From: Squalus acanthias
Lineage: Eukaryota
NCBI GenBank assembly: GCA_030390025.1
Contig: JASTWF010000355.1
Span: 186,001 to 250,000, forward strand
Direction: 5' to 3'
Length of the DNA: 64,000 bases
In this document: positions 1-11,824 of the stretch, in pieces
Numbering within the stretch: the first letter of the stretch is position 1
Layout of the letters: each line of letters starts with the position of its first letter
Notes under the pieces: model-generated
Databases searched by the model: none
The model's input: the letters and a program-made list of their open reading frames with translations, nothing else
What the model was told of the DNA's origin: nothing
Position numbers and translations under genes: made by a program

Positions 1-83
1 AAGCCACATCCAAAGGTGCAGACAAATCTGTTGAAAAGCGGAAAGAGTTGAAAATAAATATTTCAATGTTTGACACCTCATTA

Positions 84-180
84 GGGAACGGTAGCGTAGT
101 GGTAACGTCACTGGGCTAGTAACTCCAAACCCACAGCATTGTGGTTGACTGTTAACTGCCCTCTGAAATGGCCTAGTAAG
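84..180 (+). mobile_element. tRNA-derived SINE head fragment, internally deleted
   Basis: GGTAGCGTAGTGGTAACGTCACTGGGCTAGTAA is an A-box-like head matching the - strand SINE heads at ~49930 and ~57360. Confidence 0.5.
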
Positions 181-239
181 TAACAGCTATGAAACAAAAT
201 GACCATTCGGGACCGGCTACGGAGAGGGCAACAGCGCAG

Positions 240-1850
240 CCAGCCCAGTCAACCCTGCAAAGTCCTCCTCACCAAAATCTGGGGACTTCTGCCAAAATTG
301 GGAGAGCTGTCGCACAGACTAGTCAAGCAACAGCCTGACAGGATCATACCTTTGAGCCAATGTCCCGAATTTCTCCATCACCATCCCTGGTTATGTATTG
401 TCCCACCTGCAGAACAGACACACCAGGGGTGGTGGCACAATGGGAAACAGTCGGAAAGGAGTGTCCCTGGGATTCCTCAACATTGACTCCGGACCACATG
501 AAGTCTCATGGCTTCACGTCAAACATGGGCAAGGAAACCTCCTGCTGATTACCACCTACCGCCCTCCCTCAGCTGATGAATCAGTACTCCTCCATGTTGA
601 ACACCACTTGGAAGTAGCAAGGGCACAGAATGTAATCTGGGTGGGGGACCTCAATGTCCACCACCAACAGTGGCTCGGTAGCACCACTGCTGGCCAAGTC
701 TTGAAGGATATAATAGCCAGCCAGCCTGCGGCAGGTGCTGAGGGTAAAACTTACTTGAACTCGTCCTCACCAATCTACCTGCCGCAGATGCATCTGTCCG
801 TGGCATCAGTGACCACCACACAGTCATTGTGAGGATGAATGCAGCTTCACACTGAGGACACCCTCCATCGTGTTGTGTGGCACTACCTCCTGCTAAATGT
901 GATAGATTCAGAACAGATCTAGCAGCTCAAAACTGGGCATCCAGGAGGCGCTGTGGGGCAGCAGCAGAATTGTATTCCGCCAAAATTTGTAACCTCATAT
1001 CCCTCACTCTAACATTGCCAGCGGACCAACCCTGGTTAAACAGCGAGTGTAGAAGAGCATGCCAAGTGCAGCACCAGGCGTACCTAAAAAGGAGGTGCCA
1101 ACATGGGGAAGCTGCAACACAGGACTACATGCATGCTAAAAGCAGAAGCAGCGTGGTATAGACAGGGCTAAGCGATCCCACCATCAACGGATCAGGTTTA
1201 AGGTCTGAAGTTCTGCCACATGCAGACGTGAATGGTCGTGGATCATTAAACAACTAGCGGGATTGATGGCTCCATGAATATCCCCATCCTCATTGATGGT
1301 GGAGCTCAGCACTACAGTGCAAAAGACAAGGCTGAAGCGTTTGCAACCATCTTCAGCCAGAAGTGCCGAGTGGAAACTCCATATCGGCCTACTCCTGAGG
1401 TCCCCATCATCACAGGACCAAGCAGCCCGCTTAATTGGCACCACACCCACCACATTAATCATTCACTCCCTCCACCACCGGCGTCCCGTGGCTGCAGTGT
1501 TTACCATCTACATGATGCACTGCAGCAAATCGCCAAGGCTTCTATAGCAGCACCTCCCAAACCCGCGACCTCTTCCACCTAGAAGGACAAGGGCAGCAGC
1601 AGCATGGGAACACCACCACCTGCAAGTTCCAATCCAAATCACACACCATCCTGACTTAGAAGTATATCGCCGTTCCTTCATCGTCACTTGGTCAGAATCT
1701 TGGAACTCCCTACCTAACAGCACTGTGGGAGTACCATCACCACATGGATGGCAGCAGCTCAAGAAGGTGGCTCACCACCACCTTCTCAAGGTCAACTAGA
1801 TATGGACAATAAATGCTGGCATTGCCAGCGACACCCAGATCCCATAATCT
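240..1850 (+). mobile_element. Degenerate CR1/L2-group non-LTR retrotransposon (endonuclease, RT linker and 3' end; RT core deleted near 1415)
   Basis: APE motifs TTYRPPS and VGDLNVHH, linker KAEAFATIFSQKCRV, and a 3' tail (CACCACCACCTTCTCAAGG...AATAAATGCTGGC) shared with 42525-43350. Confidence 0.8.
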
Positions 1851-2139
1851 AATAAAAAGAATGAACAGAAGCTTCACATGAACATTGGATAAAACACACA
1901 ATTGCCTACCCTTGTGTGTTGTTTTTTGGTATGATTGGAGTAGGACGAGGGTAGTGTGAGGGGTGGCTAGTGAGATGGACATGTGATAATTTAGATAGCG
2001 AGGGATGGGTGGAGGATCAAGGTAAGTTTTGTGAGTAAGAATGTGCAGGAGTAGAGTAGGGAAGGCAGAGTGATGGGGATGTGATGAGTGACACAGCAGA
2101 ATGAGGTTGAGTGTGACTTTGCAGTAACGTTTTGTGATC

Positions 2140-2345
2140 TACTGAGATAATTGAAAGGTTTGTGCCACTGCAGCCTGATCCTCCCGACTACATCCCTGCT
2201 TGAGCCCTACTGTGCAATGTGCAAGCAGGCTGTGTTGGTCTATTCCGCCCGTTGGAAGTGAAGAGAACCACCCTGCGTGCGGTGGCTCCCTCCATAAGCA
2301 TATAGAGGGAGTTCTGGGAGAACCTGGGTGCAGCCGAGCTCCTCT
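2140..2345 (-). pseudogene. Degenerate Myb/SANT-like DNA-binding fragment, probably Harbinger-derived
   Basis: Minus-strand translation AAPRFSQNSLYMLMEGATARRVVLF...LQWHKPFNYLSR resembles the APRF...W.QCRKRFNDL Myb/SANT-like pattern; frameshifted. Confidence 0.45.
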
Positions 2346-2477
2346 GTGCAGAAGTTGTCAGTGTTTGTAGAACCTCAATACTGTAGAACAGTGACATCAC
2401 AATGGGCAACCTCAATGCGTGCGTCATCAAATGACATCATCAAACCAGCTTCCCCCAATTCTCCAGAGCGAGGGCAC

Positions 2478-2728
2478 GACCAGACCCGCCCCGACCCCGG
2501 CCCGCCCCCGATCCCGACCCGACCCGACCCTACTCTGGCCTCACCCGACCCGCCCAGACCCCGGCCCCAGCTGACCCGCCACCGCCCCGAGCCCCACCCG
2601 ACCCGCCACAGAACCCACCCGACCCGCCACCGGCCCGACCCCCGGCCGCACCCGACCCGCCACCGACTCCACCCAACCTGCCCCCCCGGCCGGGCACGCT
2701 ACCGTCCGTGGCCCAACCCGACCCGCCC
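2478..2728. repeat. C-rich (CCCGA/CCCGCCA)n low-complexity repeat in the intron before the first LRR exon
   Basis: Read directly; a shorter inverted counterpart lies at ~16484-16560. Confidence 0.9.
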
Positions 2729-2864
2729 ATGGGGGAAATCGCGGGGGGAAACTGGGTAATTAATGCCCTGAAATACTTTCAGTGATTGCTGTAATATCCG
2801 AGAGAGTAAATTTTATCAGATCCGGGCTTTCATTCAGTTTGTTTCTCTCTCTGTTTGTGTTTAG

Positions 2865-4766
2865 ACTCAACGAAAATGAACTGGGAGATTCAGGAGTGAA
2901 ACTCGTGTCTGCGGCTCTGAGGAAACCGGACTGTAAAATACAGAAACTGCGGTAAGTACCAGACTGTGAGATTGTGTTTATAATAACTGGATGTCTGACA
3001 CTGAAGATTATTATTAGTATCAGTAACAGTGTTATTAATAAACTCTGGGGATTGACTCTGATTCCTGTTATTTCGCTCTCCCTGATCCCCAGTCTACGGG
3101 CTGTCGGTCTCACAGATTCTTGTGCCGAGGATCTCGCCTCCGCTCTCAGTACAAACCGCTCACTGACGGATCTGGACCTGGGTGATAATAAACTGGGAGA
3201 TTCAGGAGTGAAACTAGTGTCTGCGGCTCTGAGGAACCCGGACTGTAAAATACAGACACTGGGGTAAGTACCAGACTGTGTGAGAGTGTGTTTATAATAA
3301 CTGGATGTCTGACACTGAACATTATTATTACTATCAGTAATAGTGTTATTAATAAACTCTGGGAATTGACTCTGATTCCTGTTATTTCTCTCTCTGATCC
3401 CCAGTCTACGGGATGTCGATCTCACAGATTCTTGTGCCGAGGATCTCGCCTCCGCTCTCAGGACAAACCGCTCACTGACGGATCTGAACCTGTGTTATAA
3501 TAAACTGGGAGATTCAGGAGTGAAACTAATGTCTGCGGCTCTGAGGAACCCGGACTGTAAAATACAGACACTGCAGTAAGTACCAGACTGTGTGAGATTG
3601 TGTTTATAATAACTGGATGTCTGACACTGAACATTATTATTATTATCAGTAATAGTGTTATTAATAATCTCTGGGTATTGACGCTGATTCCTGTTATTTC
3701 TCTCTCTGATCCCCAGGCTGGGTGGTGTCGGTCTCACAGATTCTTGTGCAGAGGATCTCGCCTCCGCTCTCAGTACAATCCGCTCACTGACGGATCTGAA
3801 CCTGAGTTACAATAAACTGGGTGATTCAGGAGTGAAACTAGTGTCTGCGGCTCTGAGGAACCCGAACTGTAAAATACAGACACTGTTGTAAGTACCAGAC
3901 TGTGTGAGATTGTGTTTATAATAACTGGATGTCTGACACTGAACATAATTTTTACTATCAGTAATAGTGTTATTAATAAACTCTGGGGATTTGCTCTGAT
4001 TCCTGATATTTTTCTCTCTGATCCCAAGGCTGATTGATGTCGGTCTCACAGATTCTTGTGCCGAGGATCTCGCCTCCGCTCTCAGTGCAAACTGCTCACT
4101 GACGGATCTGTACCTGAGTTATAATAAACTGAGACATTCAGGAGTGAAGCTAGTGTCTGCTGCTCTGAGGAACCCGGACTGTAAAATACAAACACTGGGG
4201 TAAGTACCAGACTGTGTGAGATTGTGTTTATAATAACTGGATGTCTGACGCTGAACATTATTATTAGTATCAGTAATAGTGTTATTAATAAACTTTGGGT
4301 ATTGACTCTGATTCCTGTTAATTCTCTCTCTGATCCCCAGTCTAGGGTCTGTCGGTCTCACAGATTCTGGTGCCGAGGATCTCGTCTCCGCTCTCAGTAC
4401 AAACCGCTCACTGACGGATTTGAAACTGAGATCAAACTCCTTCACAGACCGATCTGTCCCCGCTCTCCGCCGCCTCATACTGACCTGCCGGAGTCTGAAG
4501 CTGATCAAGTGAGTGTTTGTGTTTGTTTTAATGTAATAAATAAAATATCAATTTGATTCAGTCACTGTTGGTAATATTTGTCTGTAATTATTATTGAAAT
4601 ATTAACCCCAGTCTCGCGGTTATTTACACTGATGTTAAACCTGTTTATTTCCTGTTAATCTTTAATCTGTTTCAGGCTGAGGGACAATCGGTTCAGTTCA
4701 TCCGGAGAGAAACAGCTGGAGTTACTGCAGGGAACAAGACCCGGATTGACAGTGATTGTCCATTGA
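2865..4766 (+). CDS. NLR-type LRR region, 7 exons (2865-2951, 3093-3263, 3405-3575, 3717-3887, 4029-4199, 4341-4508, 4676-4766); upstream NACHT exon not in window
   Basis: Exons of 87, 171 x4, 168 and 91 nt with AG acceptors and GTAAGT/GTGAGT donors, all phase 2. They splice into an open RI-type 28/29-aa LRR frame (e.g. [56 protein letters not shown]) ending ...GLTVIVH* at TGA 4764-4766. Confidence 0.88.
2880..4420 (+). repeat. 312-bp tandem unit (171-nt LRR exon + 141-nt intron), ~5 copies
   Basis: Exon starts at 3093, 3405, 3717, 4029 and 4341 are exactly 312 bp apart; the introns are nearly identical. Confidence 0.95.
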
Positions 4767-5551
4767 ATTTAATTTAATTTAATGGTTTCCCGCTCGAGCT
4801 GATCGCGTCATCTCCCATTGTGAGGTCAGAGGCCCAGCCACAGGGTCACGTGACTCAGCCGCTCCCAGGCTGCAGCACTTTCAACATGGATGAGAGTTTC
4901 TGCAAATTGCACAGTCTGTCCGAGTGTGAGTTTCTGCAAATTGCAGAGTCTGTGTGAGTGTGTGTGTCATGTTACTGTAAATGTTATTTCAATGTGGGTG
5001 GGAGGGAGACTGTGTGAATGGCAGACAGACAGAGAGTCAGTGAGAGCGAGAGAGACATGAAATCAAAAGGCAAGCAGCAGAATAGAATACCTGTTTCTGT
5101 AGGCCACAAAGTGTAAAGATAAGATACTGCAAAGTGTCTTTTTGATTTTAATCTTCCAACACGGCAGTCGTCCCTTTGCAGGCTGGCCATACTCTGAGTG
5201 TGTGTGTGTGAGAGAAAGAGAGAGAAAAAGCTGGTGTTTGTGTGAGATGTAATCTGCTGTCTTATTACCTGCTGTTGTTGCATTAAACCCTGTTGATTTC
5301 ATTCTGTCCTGGTCCACATGTAATGCTGTTCTGTATCATTTTATTGCACTTTATTTCAGTTCTCTTCCCTTCAAGACAGACAGTCAGTCAGTGAAATACT
5401 GAAAATTGTCTTGGTGGATTGTCTGACAATAAAAGCTTCTCTGTGAAATTTGCATTATTTTTATTCCACTCTACTCAAATCAAGACAAGGCTGTCAGGCT
5501 GGCAGGTAGTGAGATAGACACTTGAAATCAAGACAAAATGCAGAATAGAAA

Positions 5552-5800
5552 TAAAAACAGAAAATGCTGGAAATAATCAGTAGGTTAGGTAGCATCAGTG
5601 GAGATATAGAGAAGCAGAGTAAATGTTTCAGATCGATGACCTTTCATCATAACCTTGCCAGAATCTGACAAAAGGTAATCGAGCTGAAACATTAACTCTG
5701 TTTCTCTCTCTCTCTCCACAGATGCTGCCTTACCTGCTGAGTATTTCCAGCATTTTCTGTTTTTGTTTCAGATATCCCACATCCACAGAATTTGCTTTTG
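5552..5800. mobile_element. Penelope-like terminal-repeat insertion as an inverted pair, with hammerhead-like motifs
   Basis: Flanked by a 14-bp TSD ATGCAGAATAGAAA (5538-5551, 5801-5814). An empty-site paralogue exists at ~6896. ~100-bp inverted arms match the end of the Penelope element at 16867. Confidence 0.75.
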
Positions 5801-7364
5801 ATGCAGAATAGAAAGCCTGTTTCTGTAGGCCGCGAACTGAAAAGATAAAGTACTGAAAACTGTCTGTTTGCTTTTAAACAGCCAAACAGAGCAGAGCAAT
5901 GACGGAAATCAAATTTCTTTCATTGCTGAAAGTGATTTGGGGCAATTTTGCAGGCTGGCTGTGTGTTTCTCTGTGTGTGTGTTTGTGTGTGTGTGTGTGA
6001 GTGTGAGAGAGAGAGAGACAGACAGCAAAAGCTCATGTGTATGCAGGGCTGGTCTGTGTTCAAGTTATCTGCCATGTGCATTGGTACTGCAGCTCATGTC
6101 TGAAAAAAACTAAAATTATACACCATTAGATCATACTGCTTTAGTTCCAGACTGCACTGCTGTGGCATCTTACTTTGCATTTCTTTCAAGAATTTTGTAT
6201 AAAGCAAATCTACATATATACATCAAGCTATTTGATAATTTTCTGGACTGGGCTTTATTGGGGAATGTTGGTGGAGTGTTTCATGGCACATCCTGCTGTG
6301 GGATCTTACTCTCCCCTTCATCCCAACCCAAACAAGACAAGACATTTGTAGAAAAAAGTATATAATATATTTTTTAAATTATTTTCAGAATAATCCATCT
6401 ATTTTTTTTCTGCACTGGGCTTCATTGGGGAATGTGTTTGGGATGTTTTCAGAGCAAAAGCTGCAGTGCGATCTTTCCATTCATTTTATTACACTCCCGG
6501 CAAACCACAGACAGGCAGATATTTAGTTAACAGAAGTAAAGTATATATGTTATTATTTATTCAAGTTTGTATTTACTTCTTTTCACCCTCCCGGGCTTTC
6601 ATGTCCTCTCGGGGACCCGGATTTCTGGGGCCTCGACTTCACTTCTTCCTGTCTGATTGACCTCATCAAACGTGGCCGCACAGCCAGGAAGAGACATCAT
6701 CAAAAATTGACACTCCCAGGCTGCACCCCTTTCGAAATAAATTTGTGTGTGTGTGTCTGTTTCTGCAAATTGCCGAGTCTGTGTGTCATGTTACTGTCAA
6801 TTTTAGTTCAATGTGGGTGGGAGGGAGACTGTGTGAGTGGCAGACAGACAGACAGTCAGAGAGAGTGAGAGAGACATTAAATCAAAAGGCAAGTTGCAGA
6901 ATAGAAAGCCTGTTTCTGTAGGCCACAACGTGAAAAGATAAGATACTGACAATTACCTTTTTGGTTTTAATCTTCCAAGGCAGCAGTCATCCCTCTGCAG
7001 GCTGGCCAGGCTCTGCGTGTGTGTGTGAGAGAGAGAGAGGGCAAAAGCTAGTGTTTGTGTGAGATGTGGTCTGCTGTTGTATTACCTGCTGTTGTATTAA
7101 ACCCCATTGATTTCATTCTGGCCTGGTCCATATGTAATGCTGTTGGGTATCACTTTATTGCACTTTATTTCATTTCACTTTCCTTCCAGACAGACAGTCA
7201 GTCAGTGAGATACTGAAAATGTCTTTGTGGACTGTCTGACAATAAAAGCTGCTCTGGGATATTTGCATTCTTTTTATTCCTCTCTGCTCAGCTCAACACA
7301 AGGCAGACAGGCAGGCAGGCAGTGAGAGAGACACATGAAATCAAGACAACATGCAGAATAGAAA

Positions 7365-7611
7365 TAAAAACTGAAAATGCTGGAAATACTCAGTATGTTA
7401 AGCAGCATCAGTGGAGTTATAGAGAAACAAAGTAAATGTTTCAGCTCGATGACCTTTCGTCAGAACCTTGCCAGAATCTGACAAAAGGTAATCGAGCTGA
7501 AACATTAACTCTGTTTCTCTCTCTCTCCACAGATGCTGCCTTACCTGCTGAGTATTTCCAAAACTTTCTGTTTTGATTTCAGATTTCCTACATCCACAGC
7601 ATTTGCTTTTT
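7365..7611. mobile_element. Copy of the Penelope-like inverted terminal-repeat insertion
   Basis: Same sequence as 5552-5800, carried in tandem unit 2. Confidence 0.75.
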
Positions 7612-8657
7612 TTGTAGTATAGAAAGCCTGTTTCTCTAGGCCACAAAATGAAAAGATAAAATTATGAAAACTCTCTGGTTGCTTTTAAACTGCCAAACAG
7701 AGCAGAGCAATGATAGAAATCAACTTTCTTTCATTGCTGACAGTGATTTGTGGCAATTTTAAGGCTGGCCTGTGAGTGTGTGTGAGAGAGAGAGAGACAG
7801 ACAGCAAAAGCTGGTGTGTATGCAGAGCTTGTCTGTGTTCAAGTTATCTGCCATGTGCATTGGTATTGCATCTCATGTCTGAAATAAACAGAAAGTTTAC
7901 TCCATTAGATCATACTGATTTAATTCCAGACTGCGCTGTTGTGGGATCTTACTTTGCATTTCCTTCAAGAATTTTGTAAAAAGCAAATCTACATTTATAC
8001 ATCAAGCCATTTGATATTTTTCTGTTCTTGACTTTTCCGGGGAATGTTTGTGGACTGTTTCATGGCATTTCCTGTTGTGGGATCTTATTCCCACCTTCAG
8101 CCCAACCCAAATAAGACGAGAACTTTTAAAAAAATATATCTATCTTATATTTTTTAAATTATTTTCAGAATAATCCATTTGATTTTTTTCTGGACAGGGC
8201 TTTATCGGGGAATGTGCTTGGGATGTTATCAGAGCAAAATTTGCTGTGGTATCTTTCCATTCATTTTATTACACTCCAGGCAAGCCACAGACAGCGAGAC
8301 ATTTATTTAACAAAATTAAAGTACATATGTTATTATTTATTCCTGTTTGTATTTACTTCTTTTCACCCTCCCGGGTTTTCATGTCCTCTCGGAGACCCGG
8401 ATTTCTGGGGCCTCGACTTCACTTATTCCTGTTTGATTGTCCTCATCAAACATGGCTGGTAACCAGGAAGGGACATCCTCAAAAATTGACAGTCCCAGGC
8501 TTCAAATTTTTTCAAAATAATTGTGTGAGTGTGTGTTTCTGCAAATTGCAGAGTCTGTGTGAGTGTGTATATATGTGCATGGGTGTCTGTGTGTCTGCAA
8601 ATTGCAGAGTCTGTGTGAGGGGGTGAGTGATGTTACTGTAAATTTTAGTTCAATGTG

Positions 8658-11338
8658 CCTCCCCACTCCACATCGCCCCCAAACCATGCGGGGGTTGGCG
8701 CCCCTGCGGGGATTACCGCCGCCTCAATGACGCCACCACCCCTGATTGGTACCCCGTGCCGCACATCCAGGACTTCTCGGCTAGACTGGCCGGCCGCTCA
8801 GTCTTTTCCAAGGTCGACCTGGTGTGCGGCTACCACCATGCGGCGGACGTCCCCAAGACGGCCGTAATCACACCCTTCGGCCTTTTCGAGTTCCTGTGGA
8901 TGCCCTTCGGCCTCAAAAACGCGGCCCAGGCATTCCAACGGCTCATGGACTCGGTCCTACGGGACCTGAAGTTCCTGTTCGTCTACCTGGACGATATCCT
9001 GGTAGCCAGTTCCTCCAAGCAGGAACACCTCGAACACCTTCGCATCCTGTTCGGGCGCCTCACCGACCACGGGCTCATCCTCAGCCCAGCCAAATGCCAG
9101 TTCGGCCTGGAGAAGATCGACTTACTCGGCCACCACATCACCATGTTGGGGCCATTCCCCTGCCCACCTAGGTGCAGGCCGTCCAACAATTTCCCCGCCC
9201 CACCATCATCAAATTTCTCCAGGAGTTCCTCGGGATGATGAATTTCTGCAACCGCTTCATGCTCAAAGCGGCGTCCTTCATGAGGCCCTTGTATGAAGCC
9301 CTCCGGGGCAGGAGCAGCAAGATGGCGGTTGAATGGACGGCCGACGCGTCATCCGCCTTCGAATCCACCAAGACCGCGCTCGCGACTGCCACCCTGCTCG
9401 CGCACCCCCGGCCCAATGCCAGGGTTGCGCTCACCACTGACGCCTCCGACCATGCGGTCGGCGCCGTGTATGAGCAGTGGGTCTACGGCGCCTGGCAACC
9501 ACTTGCCGTCTTCAGCCGCCAACTATGCCCCCCGGAGCTCAAGTACAGCACCTTCGACCGCGAGCTCCTCGCGCTGTTTTTGCTTGAGGGCCACCCCTTC
9601 ACGGCGTTTGTCGACCACAAGCCCCTGACATTCGCAGGCAGCAGCGCCAGCTCGCGGCAGTGTCCGAGTTCACCACGGACATCCAAGACGTCTCCGGCCG
9701 AGACAATGTGGTAGCCGACTGCCTCTCCCGCCCCACCATCCACGCCGCACACCTAGCAGTCGACTACGCTCAACTCGCAGCAGACCAGATCACCGATCCT
9801 GATCTGCTCTACGCACCCACCAACCTACCAGGGCTACGCCTGGCCGACGTCGCCTGTGGCCCGACCGCAATCACGGTCAAGTGCGACATATCCCTATGTC
9901 AACCTCGGCCCGTCGTCCCAGCGTCCTGGCGCCGCCGGGTCTTCCACATTCTCCACAACCTCTCCCACCCCGGCGCCCGCGCATCCATCAAATTGGTAAC
10001 CAAACTCTTCATGTGGCGCGGCCTTCGCAAGAATGTGCGTACTTGGGCCAACTCCTGCCTAGCCTGCCAACGGGCCAAGGTACAGCAACACACGAAAGCA
10101 CCCCTCGAGGAGTTTACTGTCCCCTCGCGGAGATTCGACCACATCCACGTGGACATCGTCGGGCCCCTGCCGCCGTCACAAGGCCACACACACTTACTGA
10201 CCATCGTTGACCGCACCACACGCTGGCCCGAGGCAATTACACTGACCTCTGCCACCACCGCCGACATCGCCAGAGCGTTCGTCAGCACCTGGGTCGCACG
10301 GTTCAGCGACACCTCCGACATGACGTCGGACAGAGGTCCGCAATTTTCCTCTGAACTCTAGACTGCCGTTGCACGCAATCTCGGGGTGACCATTCACCGC
10401 ACCACAGCATAGCACCCCCAAGCCAACGGACTTTGTGAGCGGTTCCACAGATACTTGAAGGCATCTCTTCGAGCCAGCCTCCAAGATGGCGCCCGGACCA
10501 ACCGACTTCCGTGGGTCCTCCTCGGCCTGTGCACCACGGTTAAAGAAGAGCTCCATGCATCGGCAGCAGAGCTCGTGTACGGTCAGCCGCTGCGCATACC
10601 CGGCGAGTTTCTGCCCACTGCCACGACACCCTGGTCAGCCGACCAGCAATGCCACGATTCCGCCTCACCGACGCTGCAGTTCACCCCGGTGCCCATTGCC
10701 CGACACGGCGCATCCACCTCACACATCCCACTAAGCCTGCACCAGGCACGGTTTGTTTTCGTCCGGCACGACGCCCACCGGAGACCCCTTCAACCACCGT
10801 ACGACGGGCCCTACAAGGTGCTACAGGCTGGGGACAAATTTTTCACCCTGCGAGTGGGCGACAGGACCGAAAAAGTGTCGGTTGACCGACTCAAGCCAGC
10901 ACACTCGGAGCCCGGTGAGCAGGTCCTCGTAGCTCGTCCAACTCCACGCGGCCGACCTGCCCTCAAGCCGGTTCACCCGGCTGTTCCACGCCCGGCCGTT
11001 CCACGTCCACCGGCGTCATACAAGAGCCGCTCCGGCCAGCCCATCAGACCGCCGCACCGTCTCGTCCACACCTCCTAAGCGGATTCTGTGGGGAGCTGTG
11101 TGGCGGATCGCCACCTAAACGGGCATAACCCACTTTTCCGTCTGTGGACAATATATCGTTGAACCTTCCCTTTAAGGCACCTTACCTTTAAGACAGGAGT
11201 GGGCCGGGCTTCAGGGTTGTTCCAGTGAATTCTGGGAGCAGCTTTCTCAGCCATTTTGTGTGCCATGCAGTGAATTAAAGTTTCTTGTTTTCCACATATT
11301 GATTCAGCCTCTCTTTGTGTTTCGCGGCAGCCTCAACA
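8658..11338 (+). mobile_element. 5'-truncated Ty3/Gypsy LTR retrotransposon (RT-RNaseH-integrase + 3' LTR), with stops and frameshifts
   Basis: RT (MPFGLKNA, FVYLDDILV), RNaseH (TDASDHAVG, DHKPL), integrase (HHCC zinc finger, HIHVDIVGP, SDRGPQF) and GPY/F motif PPYDGPYKV, in Gypsy domain order; GC-rich. Confidence 0.93.
11099..11338 (+). repeat. Gypsy 3' LTR (~240 bp)
   Basis: Follows a purine tract (GTGGGGAG), starts TGT, ends ACA, contains ATTAAA, and is followed abruptly by CR1 sequence. Confidence 0.7.
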
Positions 11339-11824
11339 CTGTCTTGGATAGAAACCTGGTTGGCAGACAGGAAGCAAAGAGTTAGAATAAACGGGTCTTT
11401 TTCCGAGTGGCAGGCAGTGACTAGTGGTGTACCGCAGGGATCGGTGCTAGGACCCCAGCTATTCACAATATTTATAAATGATCTATACGAGGGAACTCGA
11501 TGTAATATCTCCAAGTTTGCAGACAACAAAAAGCTAGATGGGCTTGTGTGCTGTGAGGAGGATGCAGAGAAATTCCAGTATGATTTGGACAGGTTGGGTG
11601 ATTGCGCAGATGCATGGCAGATGCAGTATAATGTGGATAAATGCGAGGTTATTCACTTCGGTGGCAGAAACAGGAAGACAGATTATTATCTGAATGGCAA
11701 TAGATTGGGAAAAGGGGAAATGCAACGAGACCTGGGTATCCTTGTGCAACAGTCGTTGAAGGTAAGCATGCAGGTGCAGCAGGCGGTGAAGAAGGCAAAT
11801 GGTATGTTGGCCTTCATAGCGAGA
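11339..11824 (+). mobile_element. CR1 LINE RT fragment
   Basis: GVPQGSVLGPQLFTIFINDL...KFADN. Confidence 0.9.

Larger units (their letters stand above)
4890..8657 (+). repeat. ~1.8-kb tandem duplication (2 units + start of a third) 3' of the + LRR cassette; left arm of the inverted duplication
   Basis: Marker ATGTTACTGT..ATT..A.TTCAATGTG recurs at ~4968, ~6787 and ~8630. Confidence 0.9.

Noticed and set aside
2478..2728. Immunoglobulin switch-region analogue
   Set aside because: The G-rich strand is the template strand for the NLR sense transcript, opposite to switch regions, and there is no AGCT repeat enrichment.
2328..2759. Proline-rich 143-aa ORF
   Set aside because: Translation of the (CCCGA)n low-complexity tract.
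2760..4508. Minus-strand ORFs (221, 80, 129 aa) and the + ORF at 15985-16434
   Set aside because: Antisense shadows of the LRR exon-intron repeat.
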